A stretch of 64,000 nucleotides of DNA from Clostridium sp. CAG:343 (lineage in GTDB: Bacteria; Bacillota; Clostridia; TANB77; CAG-508), in contig FR888054.1 of assembly GCA_000431335.1 (NCBI GenBank), positions 10,410-74,409 of the forward strand. Reading direction: 5' to 3'. The position numbers and the translations under genes are program-made. Shown piece after piece: positions 38,064 through 48,616 of this stretch. The notes under the pieces were generated by a model. It saw nothing but the letters and a program-made list of their open reading frames with translations. It was not told the DNA's origin and made no database searches. The first letter of the stretch is position 1; each line of letters opens with the position of its first letter.

Positions 38064-38732
38064 ATGTTTATTAACTCATTAATTTTAGCACTTTCTAGTA
38101 GTATAGACTCTCTTGGAATTGGAATTACATATGGTATTAAAAATACAAGAATTTCTTATATGGCTAAAATTGTCTTATTTGTAATTTCATTTTTAATTTC
38201 ATTCTTATCTGTATGTTTTGGTGATATTTTAAAAAATATCTTTTCTGATTTTGCTACAAGATTAATTGGAAATATCATTTTAATTGCTATGGGAATTTTT
38301 GTATGTTTTCAAGCTATACATAAAGATAAAAAAAATACGACTCAGAATTTAGCATATTCTGAGCCTATTTGCAAAAATAATGAAAAGATTTATAGTTTTT
38401 TTATTGAATTTTTAGGTATTACTATTAAGATTATTAAAAATCCTACCTCCTCAGATTTAGATTCTTCTCATTCAATAGATAGTAAGGAAGCTTTATTTTT
38501 AGGGTTTGCTCTTTCTTTGGATTGCTTTTGCATTGGAGCTTTTGGAAGTATTATTGGTGTTAGCTCTTTTCTTTTTCCTGTATTTATATCAATTTTTCAA
38601 CTTGTTTTTTTAAGTATTGGAAATATGTTAGGAAAAAAGTTACATCGTTTAAGTAATTTGCCTGATAATATTTGGTCTGTTATCTCTGGTATTTTGCTTG
38701 TTTTAATAGGAGTAGTGAGATTTGTTGTTTAA
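38064..38732 (+). CDS. ytaF: YtaF-family sporulation membrane protein (MntP-like fold)
   Basis: LALSSSIDSLGIGITYGIKN... and a duplicated half ..FALSLDCFCIGAFG... Confidence 0.55.
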   Translation: MFINSLILALSSSIDSLGIGITYGIKNTRISYMAKIVLFVISFLISFLSVCFGDILKNIFSDFATRLIGNIILIAMGIFVCFQAIHKDKKNTTQNLAYSEPICKNNEKIYSFFIEFLGITIKIIKNPTSSDLDSSHSIDSKEALFLGFALSLDCFCIGAFGSIIGVSSFLFPVFISIFQLVFLSIGNMLGKKLHRLSNLPDNIWSVISGILLVLIGVVRFVV

Positions 38733-38744
38733 TATTAAATTTCA

Positions 38745-41700
38745 TTATTTTAATTTCATAGATAATAATTTTGAAATACCATTTTCTTCCATAGTAACTC
38801 CATATACTGTATCTGCTGCTTCCATTGTTCCCTTTCTATGTGTTATTACTAAAAATTGTGTGTCTTTTGAGAACTTCTTTAAATACTCTGCAAAACGATA
38901 AACATTTACATCGTCTAATGCTGCTTCTATTTCATCTAATACACAGAATGGCGCTGGATTTATTTTCAATATAGCAAATAATAATGCAATAGCTGTAAAT
39001 GCTTTTTCTCCTCCTGATAATAGCATCATATTTTGAAGTTTTTTTCCTGGTGGTTGAACTGTTATTTCAATTCCACATTCTAGTATATTTTCTTCATCTT
39101 CTAATTTTAACGATGCATTTCCTCCACCAAATAATTCCTTAAATACTTCTGCAAAATTCTTATTAATAATTTCAAATTGAGTTTTAAATTGTTCTTTCAT
39201 TGTTGCTGTCATATCATTAATAATCTTTCTTAGTTTTGACATTGTATCTTCTAAATCAACTCTTTGTTCACACATAAAGTCATATCTTTCCTTCATTGTT
39301 TTATATTCTTCTATTGAGTCTATATTTACACTTCCTAATTCTCGTAAATCTTTTCTCAAATTATTTACATTTTTCTGTGTTAATACTACATTTTCTGGTT
39401 TTTTATAATCTTTTACTGCATTTGGAGTTAATTCATATTCTTCCCACATTTTGTTAATTATAGTATTTATATCTTCTTCAATCTTAGTTTTCTTTACATC
39501 AATTTTAACAATTTGAGCTTTTAAATCTTCAATTGTTTTAAATTTTTCTGTAATTTCATTTTCTTGTTTCTTTAATTTTTCATTTTTTTCTACTCTTTGT
39601 GTTTTTAATTGTTCTATTTTTACTCCGCTATTTTCTACTTCTTTTTTTATGTCATTAATTTTCTCTTTTATTTCTTCTTTTGATTTTTCTAAGTTAAAGT
39701 TATCTTGTTTTATTTGCTCTATTTGTCTTTGTTTATTTTCTATACTTTTATTTGTATTTTCTATTTCTACATTTATTCTTTCTTGTATTTCCTGGATTGA
39801 AGCTTCACTTTCGTCAAAAGATGATACTGATATTTTTAAGTTTGTAATATCAAAATTTAAATCATCTGCATATTTTTGATTATCTTTATTTAAATCTGCA
39901 AATTCGCTTATTACTTTATTTAATTTATCTGTTTCTTCTGTTAAATTTTCTATTTCTTTTTGTGTTTCTTGCTTTCTTAAAATTGTTTGTTCTTTTTCTT
40001 TTTCTATATTTGCTTGTTCTTCTTTTAGTTTGTTTACTCTTTGTTCTATTTTAGCAATATTTTCTTCAATTGAAACTAATTTTTGTTTTTCTGTTGCATA
40101 TGTAATATCAATTTCTTGTAATTCTTTTTCTAAACTTGTTGCTCCTTCAAAAGTATCCTCCATTGATCTTTCATATTCCTGTTTTTCTTTTTCTAATTCT
40201 ACAACTTTTTCTCTTAACTTTTTAGTTTCTTTTTCTAATTTTTCAATTTCTCTTCCTCTTCCCAAAATATTAACATTTTTCTTTGCTACAGATCCTCCTG
40301 TAATTGCTCCTGAAGGATTAATTACATCTCCTTCAATTGTTATAATTCTAAATGTATATCCATTTTGTTTAGCCACTTTAATTGCTGTTTCCATGTTGTC
40401 TACTATAACAGTTCTTCCTAATAAGTTTAATACAATTTGTTCATATTTTTTATTAAATTTAACTATGTCTGATGCAATACCTACTACACCCTTTTCATGT
40501 CCTTTTATTTTATCTAGCTTTCTACCTCTTACAGATGTAATTGGTAAGAATGATGCTCTTCCTAAATTGTTTTTTCTTAAATGTTGTACTAATTTTTTTG
40601 CATCTTCTTCTGTTTCTGTTACTATATTTTGTAGACTTGCTCCTAAACACATTTCTATTGCTGTTTGGTATTCTTCTGGGACTTCTATTATATTAGCTAA
40701 AACTCCATGCATTCCTTTTCCTAGTTCTTTAATATTTTCACAATCTTTTAATAATGATTTTACACTTTTTATATATCCTTCTTTTTCTTTTTCTGTTTCA
40801 ATTAAGAATTTTAATCTTGATTCTTTTATTCTTATTTCACTTTGATATCTATTTATCTCATCTTCATAAGCTTTGATTTTTTTGTCAGCTTCTTCTCTTT
40901 TCTTATTAATCTCTTCTAAACTTGATACAATTTTATTTCTTTTTGAATCAATTTCATAAAATTCTTTTGCTATGTCTTCTTTCTGTAATCTTGTACTATC
41001 TAATTCTGAAATATGAGATGCTACTTCACTTTTTATTTGTGCTTGCCTTTTTTCATAATTATCAAAATTTATCTCTTTACTATTTATTTCTGATTGTAAT
41101 TCATATTTTTTGTCTATATTAGCTTCTACTTGTAATTTATAATTTTCTATTTCTAATTCTTTACTTGAAAGTTTCTTTGTAAGATTAGCTAGCTCTTCTT
41201 CTTTTTCTTTTAATTCTTTTTCAAACTTCTCTTTGTTTTGTTTTAAATTTTGTTGTTTTTCTTGTTTTTGTTCAATTTCCTTTTTTAATTCTTCTAGTCT
41301 ATTTTGTGCTTCTTCTATTTCTTTTTCAAATCTACTTTTATTTTCATTGTTGTTTAAAATTCTTGTATCAGCTACATTTATATCAGAATTTAACATTTCA
41401 ATTTCTTTTTGACTTTCAAATCCTATATTTGACATTTCTTCTATTTTGACTGTAATATCATCTATATCATTTTGTAATTCTTCTTTTAATTGTTTGATTC
41501 TTTCTAATCTGCCTTCTTCGTCATTACATTGATTTGTATAAATTTCTTCATCTTTTATAATTTCTTCTAAAGTTGATTTATATTTTTCTATGTTATATAT
41601 AAATAAGCCTATTTCAATACTTTTTAGTTCTTCTCTTAAATCTAGATATCTTTTAGCTTTTTCTGCCTGATTTTTTAATGGTTCTATATTTGTTTCTATT

Positions 41701-42291
41701 TCTGTTAAAATGTCATTAATTCTAAGTAAGTTTAGCTTTGTACGTTCTAGTTTTTTCTCTGATTCTTGCTTTCTTGTTCTATATTTTACTATTCCTGCTG
41801 CTTCTTCAAATATATTTCTTCTATCTTCTGATTTATTACTTAATATTTCATCAATTTTTCCTTGTCCTATAATTGAATATCCATCTTTTCCAATTCCTGT
41901 ATCCATAAATAATTCTAATACATCTTTTAGCCTACAAGGTACTTTATTTATATAATATCCTGTTTCTCCACTTCTATAAATCTTTCTTGTTACTGTTACT
42001 TCAGTATATTCAATTGGTAACGCTCCATCTGAATTATCAAATACTAGTGAGGCTTCTGCAAATCCTAATGATTTTCTATTTTGGGTTCCTGCAAAAATAA
42101 TGTCTAATGACTTTGTTCCTCTTAATGATTTCATGCTTTGCTCTCCGAAGCACCCATCTTATGCTGTCTGATATGTTACTTTTTCCTGATCCATTTGGTC
42201 CAATTACACTTGTAATTCCTGGCATGAATTCTAATATAGTTTTATCAGCGAAAGATTTAAATCCTTGCAATTCTAATCTTTTTAAATACAT
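38745..42291 (-). CDS. smc: chromosome partition protein Smc; reading frame requires a +1 shift at CGG 42147-42145
   Basis: [18 protein letters not shown]...[18 protein letters not shown] continues as [25 protein letters not shown]... in the +1 frame. Hinge, coiled coils and C-terminal LSGGEKA...LDEIEAALD are present. The span is 3n+1. Confidence 0.9.
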
Positions 42292-42427
42292 TTATTATCA
42301 CCTTTCTTAGCCCATTTAAAAAACAGGTATAGTTTATAAAACGGCATACCATACCTGATTTTAATAGTACTTTTCATAGAAATAGTTTATACTATTTTTA
42401 TGTTTTTGTAAAGCTTATAAATGCTTT

Positions 42428-42772
42428 CTACGCAAATTTTATACCAGATACAATTTTTGCAATATTATATATTAATCTTTGTTTATCTTTTGAGCATTTA
42501 TCTAATAATTCCTGAAATTCTTTATTTAAATAATTTTCATTTTCCATTGTTGTTCCATTTAGTATTTTTTCTATTGGAACATTTAACGCTATTGACATTT
42601 GAGATAATCTTTTTAAATTTATTTGTCCTCCTCTTTCTATTTTGCTAACATATACTGTTGTAACATCAATCATTTCTGCTAATTTTTCTTGTGATAATCC
42701 TGCTTTCCTTCTCGCTTCCTTTATTCTTTCACCTATTAATTTATAGTCAATATTTGCTTCTATTATTTTCAT
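42428..42772 (-). CDS. XRE-family HTH transcriptional regulator
   Basis: IGERIKEARRKAGLSQEKLAEMIDVTTVYVSKIERG. Confidence 0.8.
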   Translation of the reverse strand: MKIIEANIDYKLIGERIKEARRKAGLSQEKLAEMIDVTTVYVSKIERGGQINLKRLSQMSIALNVPIEKILNGTTMENENYLNKEFQELLDKCSKDKQRLIYNIAKIVSGIKFA

Positions 42773-43014
42773 TCTTTCACGTCCTTTCTCATTTGTAAAT
42801 TTATCATTATAAGTTCTAGTTGTTAAAATCTCGTTTTGTAGTATATGTAAATGTTTATTTATTAATTCTCGATTTATCTCGTTGTTTTTTGATTATTCTA
42901 TGTTTTTGAAAAATTTTAAAGTATTTATATTATAGGAAGTTCGGAGAACTTTCCTATAATATAAAAATAGCATAATTCACTTTTTTTCTAAATTGAATTA
43001 TGCTATTTTTCAGT

Positions 43015-44028
43015 TTATTTTTTTATATTTTCAGCATATTTATTGTTAACAATTTTGTCATATGGAGCATTTTGACTTAATTCTCCTGCACTTTTCATTA
43101 CTTCTTGTAATCTATTAAATGCTTCTTCTTTTAAATATGGTGTATCATTCCATGCATCTATATCTTTATAGCTTTGAATTGCCGCTGTTAACATTTCTAT
43201 ATCTGTTCCTGGGAAGAAATTTGTAATAACTTCTGCTATTTCTTTGCTTGTATGTTCTTTTGTCCATTTTTCTCCTTGATAAATTGCATCTGTAAATTTT
43301 TGTATAGTATCTTCATTATTTGCTATATAACTTTTTTTAGCGAAATATGCTGTATATGGTATTTCACCTGCTGCTTCTCCAACAGAAGCTACTACATATC
43401 CTTTTTTCTGACTTTCTGTCATAGATGCAGTTGGTTCAAATAATGTAACATAATCTGCATTACCACTTGCAAAGGCTCCAGCCATTAAGTCAAATTTAAT
43501 ACTATCATCTAAAGTTACATCTTTTTTAGGGTCAATTCCATTATTTTTTAGAACATATTCTAATGTCATATAAGGTACTCCACCTTTTCTTCCTGGTATT
43601 ATCGTTTTCCCCTTTAAATCTTTCCAATCAAAATTATCTGTATTCGTTCTTGAAACTAAAAATGATCCATCTTTTTTGGTCATTTGTGCAAATACTTGTG
43701 TATAATCTTCCTTTCCTTGATTGTATACATATATTGATGCTTCTGGTCCTGCAAATCCTATGTCAGATTGATTACTTAAAACTGCTGTCATAACAGCGTC
43801 TGCACCTTGACCTGTTGTTAATTCTATATTTAATCCCTTTTCTTTGAAATATCCATTGTTTATTGCTATATATTGCGGTGCATAAAATACTGATCGTGTT
43901 ACTTCGTTGACTTTTATAGTTTTTAGTTCTTCAGCATTTTCATTATGTTTTTTTGTTATAAATACTCCTATTGCTATTACTAGCATGATAAGTATTACTA
44001 TGATGTAAGTTATAGTTCTTTTTTTCAT
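43015..44028 (-). CDS. ABC transporter substrate-binding protein (NMT1/THI5-like, NitT/TauT family)
   Basis: N-terminal TM/lipoprotein-like anchor. SBP fold pattern, with genes for the cognate permease and ATPase adjacent. Confidence 0.7.
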   Translation of the reverse strand: MKKRTITYIIVILIMLVIAIGVFITKKHNENAEELKTIKVNEVTRSVFYAPQYIAINNGYFKEKGLNIELTTGQGADAVMTAVLSNQSDIGFAGPEASIYVYNQGKEDYTQVFAQMTKKDGSFLVSRTNTDNFDWKDLKGKTIIPGRKGGVPYMTLEYVLKNNGIDPKKDVTLDDSIKFDLMAGAFASGNADYVTLFEPTASMTESQKKGYVVASVGEAAGEIPYTAYFAKKSYIANNEDTIQKFTDAIYQGEKWTKEHTSKEIAEVITNFFPGTDIEMLTAAIQSYKDIDAWNDTPYLKEEAFNRLQEVMKSAGELSQNAPYDKIVNNKYAENIKK

Positions 44029-44093
44029 TTTAAAATTACACCTCCTTTTTATTTTATATATTTTATGTTTATAATAAAAAGGTGTGAATTTTA

Positions 44094-44901
44094 TTAAGCA
44101 TTTCTTGATTTTACTATAAATTTTTCAAGTAACAACACTGCTAAATACATTATTCCAGCTACAATTCCTAATATAATAACACTTGTCATAACTAAGTCTA
44201 ATTTGAATACTTGCCCTCCATACACAATTAAATATCCTAATCCTGCTTTTGATACTAAAAATTCTCCAGATATAACTCCAACCAAAGAAAGTCCAATATT
44301 AACTTTTAGTGAATTTATAAATGTTGATATATTGGCTGGAATAATAATTTTTGTTAGTATTTGAAATTTACTTGCCTTAAACGTTTTTGCCATTTTAATT
44401 ATTTCTTTATCAGTTCTTAAAAAGCCATTTAGGTTTTCTAATATTGTTACAATCAAAGAAATTGCTACTGCCATAACAATAATTGCTGGTGTTCCTGCTC
44501 CAACCCAAATAATAATTATTGGTCCGAAGTGCTACTTTAGGTAAACTATTTAATACAACTAAATATGGTTCTGCAACTTTTGACAAAAAATTAGACCACC
44601 ATAAAATAATTGCTATTGCTATTCCTAAAGTTGTTCCTACTAAAAATCCTACTACTGTTTCATATACTGTAACTCCTATATGTTTTAATAAATCATTTGA
44701 AGTCAAATTCATAAAGGTTGCAAATATTTTACTTGGCTGGCTTGTTATAAAACTGTCTATTATACCATTATCAGCTAAAATTTCCCATATTCCTAAAAAA
44801 GATACAAGTATTAATATTTGTGTTAATAAAATTAAATATTTTCTTTTTTTTATTTTTCTTAAATATTCTTTTCTATCTTTTGAAATTATTGTTTTATTCA
44901 T
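44094..44901 (-). CDS. ABC transporter permease; reading frame requires a +1 shift at CGG 44526-44524
   Basis: ...VVLNSLPKVAL continues as GPIIIIWVGAGTPAIIVMAVAISLIVTILEN... in the +1 frame. The span is 3n+1. Confidence 0.8.
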
Positions 44902-45661
44902 CTACTCCCAACTCCTTCCATAGAGTATTAAAGTATTGACTAAATTTTGGGCTTTCTCTACAATTTATTGGCGTTCTATTTTCTATACCAAAATTAATTT
45001 TATGAATATCTTTTATTGTCCCTGGTCTCTTGCTTAATACTAACACTCTATCTGACATACTAATTGCTTCTGAAATATCATGTGTTACAATAATTGCTGT
45101 GATTTTTTCTTTTCTTAAAATATAATAAATATCATTTGTAACCATTATTCTAGTCTGGTAATCTAAAGCTGAAAATGCTTCATCTAATAATAAGATTTTA
45201 GGTTTTACTGCAAGTGTTCTAATAAGTGCTACCCTTTGTCTCATTCCTCCTGATAATTCTGATGGATATTTATCTTTAAATTCGTATAAATTATATTTTT
45301 TTAGTAATTCTAATACATATTCTTTATTTACATTATCATTTTTTCCTTTTACCTCTAGTCCAAACATTGTATTGCTTAAAATATTTCTCCATTCTAGTAA
45401 ACAATCCCTTTGTAACATATATCCTATTTTGCTAGAAATTCCATTTACTTTTTCTCCTTCTATGTATATTTCTCCTGTTGTTTTTTCTTCTAGTCCTGCA
45501 ATAATTGATAATAGTGTGGATTTTCCACATCCACTTGGTCCTATAATACTTACAAATTCGCCCTTTTTTACTCTAAAATTTACATTTTTAAGGGCTAATA
45601 TTTCTCCTTCTTTATTTTGATATTTTTTGCCTATATTCTTTACCTCTAAAATATTTTCCAT
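44894..45661 (-). CDS. ABC transporter ATP-binding protein
   Basis: GPSGCGKST Walker A, LSGGMRQRVALIRT signature, LLLDEAFSALD Walker B. ATG 45661 follows AGGAGG. Confidence 0.85.
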   Translation of the reverse strand: MENILEVKNIGKKYQNKEGEILALKNVNFRVKKGEFVSIIGPSGCGKSTLLSIIAGLEEKTTGEIYIEGEKVNGISSKIGYMLQRDCLLEWRNILSNTMFGLEVKGKNDNVNKEYVLELLKKYNLYEFKDKYPSELSGGMRQRVALIRTLAVKPKILLLDEAFSALDYQTRIMVTNDIYYILRKEKITAIIVTHDISEAISMSDRVLVLSKRPGTIKDIHKINFGIENRTPINCRESPKFSQYFNTLWKELGVDE

Positions 45662-45833
45662 TTCATTCCTCCTCATATTTTTCTAATATATTTTATGTAA
45701 AATATATATAAGGAGTTCTTTTTTTGCTAAATTAATCTAATAGTATAAAAATAATGTCTCCTGTATGATACAGAAAACATTCTTGTTTAATATCTTGTTT
45801 TTAATTTAAATAAATTTAAAAGTGTAATTTTAT

Positions 45834-46856
45834 TTATAATACTTCTTTCTTTAGCTTTAGCAATTCTTCTTTATTAATTTCAGTACTTTCTATTATTATT
45901 TTTTCATCTATTCCTTTTTTTATTAATCTTTTTGCCACTTCTAATTTTCCCTCTATTTTGCCTTCTATTTTGCCTTCTTTTTTTCCCTTCCTTATCATTT
46001 CTCGATTTTCATTTACTAGTCTTTCATATAAATCACTCATAATATCTCCTTTCTTTATTTTAATTTCTAATTTTTCTAGTAATTCATTTTTGGTTACTTC
46101 TTCCAATGTATCATTTAGCAAATAATATATTATATCACTTATCTCATACAACTGTTTTTTATTTTTCGCATGTTTTACAATCAGCTCTAGATTTTCTTTC
46201 AGTTCTTGTTTATTCTTCGATTTTTCTATTATCATTCCATAACCAAATAAGCTTTGTTTTTGCAATAAAAATGATTTAGATAATTTGTTTATTTCAATCA
46301 AATTATATTCTAAGTCTATTTTGTAATTTTCGAATACATAATCAGATATTTGCTTTTCTTTAAAATTTTTTGGTATTTTCCATTTTTCATTTCCTGTATA
46401 AATAATAATTGGAACAATAATTGGATATCTTGTATTTTGATTTATTTTCTTTGACTTTTTCCATTCTTGGATAATATCTATACAATAATTTAGAATTCTA
46501 TATGGCATATTGTTATCAATTTTTGATTGATGTTCTACTAAAAAAAATACTTCTTTGCTTTTTAGCCTATAAACTATGTCCGCTTCTTTTGATTTATACT
46601 TTTTTGTAATATAACTATTAGTATATTTTATAAGGTCTTGACTTTGTATTTTTTCATTAGGTTCAAGAAAATCATTTATAAATTTTCTCATTTCTTTTTC
46701 ATCTTTTAGGATATTTTTTATTAATTTGTCATGTCTGTTATTAATTTTGTTTCGATTTATGTTATAATTAGCATTTTCCTCTGCTAATTGAAAAATCGCA
46801 TTTAGTCTTAAAGTATGTATACATTTAATGTAGTTTTTGTATGTAAATACTTTCAA
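45834..46856 (-). CDS. Rpn-family recombination-promoting nuclease / putative transposase (PD-(D/E)XK)
   Basis: HDKLIKNILKDEKEMRKFINDFL...ADIVYRLKSKEVFFLVEHQS...MPYRILNY. Probable TTG start at 46856 after GGGAGGAGA. Confidence 0.65.
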   Translation of the reverse strand: MKVFTYKNYIKCIHTLRLNAIFQLAEENANYNINRNKINNRHDKLIKNILKDEKEMRKFINDFLEPNEKIQSQDLIKYTNSYITKKYKSKEADIVYRLKSKEVFFLVEHQSKIDNNMPYRILNYCIDIIQEWKKSKKINQNTRYPIIVPIIIYTGNEKWKIPKNFKEKQISDYVFENYKIDLEYNLIEINKLSKSFLLQKQSLFGYGMIIEKSKNKQELKENLELIVKHAKNKKQLYEISDIIYYLLNDTLEEVTKNELLEKLEIKIKKGDIMSDLYERLVNENREMIRKGKKEGKIEGKIEGKLEVAKRLIKKGIDEKIIIESTEINKEELLKLKKEVL

Positions 46857-47069
46857 ATCTCTCCTCCCTATTATATTGTTTTTTGATGTGAATGTCAATA
46901 TTTATTAATTAGTAAAATGTATTTTTCTTATATAGCCTGTATACCACCTCCTTATTTTTTATTTCTTGGTAATTAGATTGAATTTTCGAATTTAAAAATA
47001 GAATTAAAATTTCTAAAAAAATAAATTATGATTTAAATTATTTTGAAATCACCTTAAATATATTAAACC

Positions 47070-47108
47070 ACAAAAACAGGAAAAATCCAAGCTTTTTCCT
47101 GTTTTTTC
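47070..47108 (-). terminator. bidirectional-looking terminator downstream of trmL
   Basis: ACAGGAAAAA (47076-47085) pairs with TTTTTCCTGT (47093-47102), flanked by A and T runs. Confidence 0.6.
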
Positions 47109-47171
47109 ACTAATTTTTCATCGCAAAATTCGACAATTATGTTCTATATGTATTACATTCGTACTTATATT

Positions 47172-47669
47172 TTAATCAAAATAACTGCTTATTTCTTCCA
47201 ACTGTTCAAAATCTTTTTGCCTTAAAACTTCAAATGCTACAATTGCTACTGAATTTGATAAATTTAATGAACGCAATGTATGCCTCATTGGTATTCTAAT
47301 TGTCTGATTAATATACTTTTGTAAAATATCTTCTGGCAATCCTTTTGTCTCTTTTCCAAACAATATAAACACTTCATTCATACCGCTATAATCTGGATCT
47401 GAATATACATGTTTTCCTTTAGTTGTAGCAAAAAACATATTATTTTCTTCAGGTTTATATTTCTTTAAAAACTCTTCAAAACTTTCATGTTCTTCTATCT
47501 CAACTTTATCCCAATAATCTAATCCTGCTCTTTTAACAGCCTTCTCAGATATATCAAATCCTAGTGGATGCACTAAATGTAACTTTGCTCCAATCGCTGC
47601 ACAAGTTCTTGCTATATTTCCTGTATTTTGTGGTATCTCTGGTTCTACCATTACTATATTTAACTTCAT
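47172..47669 (-). CDS. trmL: tRNA (cytidine/uridine-2'-O)-methyltransferase TrmL (SpoU family)
   Basis: MKLNIVMVEPEIPQNTGNIARTCAAIGAKLHLVHPLGF..., 165 aa. Confidence 0.8.
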   Translation of the reverse strand: MKLNIVMVEPEIPQNTGNIARTCAAIGAKLHLVHPLGFDISEKAVKRAGLDYWDKVEIEEHESFEEFLKKYKPEENNMFFATTKGKHVYSDPDYSGMNEVFILFGKETKGLPEDILQKYINQTIRIPMRHTLRSLNLSNSVAIVAFEVLRQKDFEQLEEISSYFD

Positions 47670-47693
47670 ATTTTATTCTCCTTTAAGACAGAA

Positions 47694-47819
47694 GAGACAG
47701 AAGGGACAGGTCTAAAATGTCCCATTTTCATGTCAATTTATGTCTTTTTTTGTATTATTTATAATTTTATATGATTCGACAAAATTCATGGGACATTTTA
47801 GACCTGTCCCTTCTGTCTC
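47694..47819. repeat. palindromic intergenic element, copy A (perfect 32-bp arms, 62-nt loop)
   Basis: GAGACAGAAGGGACAGGTCTAAAATGTCCCAT (47694-47725) is the exact reverse complement of 47788-47819. Confidence 0.9.
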
Positions 47820-48590
47820 ACATATTCATACAAAATAATTCCTGTTGCTACTGATGCATTTAAGCTTTCTGTTTTTCCGAATCATTGGTATTTTTATTTT
47901 CTCGTCTGCTATTTCTTGTATTTGTTGTTCCACTCCATTTGCTTCATTTCCTATAATTATTACTTTTTTATAGTAATTTATATCATATATTGTATTTTCT
48001 GTTTGAAGTGATGATACTACTATTTTAAATTTGTGTTTTTTTATTTCTTTTAAAGTTTTTTTCAAGTCCTCACATTCTATTATTTTAACTCTAAAGATTG
48101 CTCCCATTGTTGAACGTACTACTTTTGGATTATAGCTATCTGCTGTTCCTTTTGATACCAATATTTGGTTTACTCCAACACTGTCAACAGTTCTAAGGAT
48201 TGTTCCTAAATTTCCAGGATCTTGAACATCATCTAATGCTACAATAATATCTTGTGTATAATCAATTGTTTTATCCCCATTGTTTTTTTCTATAACAGCA
48301 AGCACTCCCTGAGGCTCTTGCACTTCAGATATATATTTAAAAAGTTTACTTGTTACATATATACAGTTATGTTTAGCAATTTCATACATCAAGTCTTTTG
48401 GTATACTTTCTGTTTTTTCGCAATCATCACATAAGATTATTTGTTTTATTTTAGCATTCTCTTGGATTGCTTCTTTTACTATTTTAATTCCTTCTACCAA
48501 ATATTCATTACTTGCATCTCTTTCTTTTTTTTCTTTTAGCTTTCTTATGTGTTTTATTAATTCATTATCTTTACTTGATATTACTTGCAT
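47798..48590 (-). CDS. TrmH/SpoU-family RNA 2'-O-methyltransferase; reading frame requires a +1 shift at CGG 47879-47877
   Basis: ...EKIKIPMI continues as GKTESLNASVATGIILYEYVRQKGQV-stop in the +1 frame. The span is 3n+1. The last 7 codons and the stop lie inside repeat copy A. Confidence 0.8.
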
Positions 48591-48616
48591 TATTTTTATT
48601 CCTCCAAAACATAAAT

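Noticed and set aside
40030-40845. A 271-aa plus-strand ORF inside smc. Similar long antisense ORFs occur at 30009-30518, 36740-37186, 44519-44923, 52842-53249 and 59077-59511.
   Set aside because: All lie antisense to strongly supported genes. They are low-complexity (S/F/I/L-rich, as expected from reverse-reading K/E/N-rich AT-biased codons), lack ribosome-binding sites and have no recognisable motifs. They are shadow ORFs.
39600-41400. Apparent periodic repetition in the smc coiled-coil region, considered as tandem DNA repeats or a CRISPR-like array.
   Set aside because: It reflects K/E/I/N-rich heptad coding in an AT-rich genome. There are no exact repeat units or spacers. No CRISPR array is present anywhere in the window.
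42935-43010. Two hairpins downstream of the substrate-binding-protein gene, one containing TTCGGAG, considered as further copies of a repeat family or as a regulatory RNA.
   Set aside because: They have no sequence similarity to the 32-bp-arm elements. The second hairpin, with its T run, is adequately explained as the operon terminator, and the CGG here is non-coding.
45677-45833. A possible TPP (THI-box) riboswitch upstream of the NMT1/THI5-like ABC transporter operon.
   Set aside because: I read the leader on the minus strand and found only a small hairpin (TCTGTATCATACAGGA). The conserved CUGAGA / ACCUGAUCUGGAUAAUGCCAGCG-type elements are absent.
45949-45984. A short 12-bp tandem repeat (CCTTCTATTTTG-like, 2-3 units) inside the Rpn-family gene, encoding GKIEGKIEGKLE.
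   Set aside because: The unit length is a multiple of three, so copy-number change would not switch the frame. It is too short to call phase-variable, and is noted only as a minor length-polymorphic tract.
46857-46898. N-terminal extensions in the ORF track. Examples: Rpn 46898, rpsF 35139, rel 29956, recombinase 5893, LD-carboxypeptidase 60359, HD 55388, giant gene 18940.
   Set aside because: In each case an internal ATG/GTG/TTG start with a well-spaced GGAGG-like RBS matches the conserved family N-terminus. The upstream extension lacks an RBS or runs into a repeat or a neighbouring gene.
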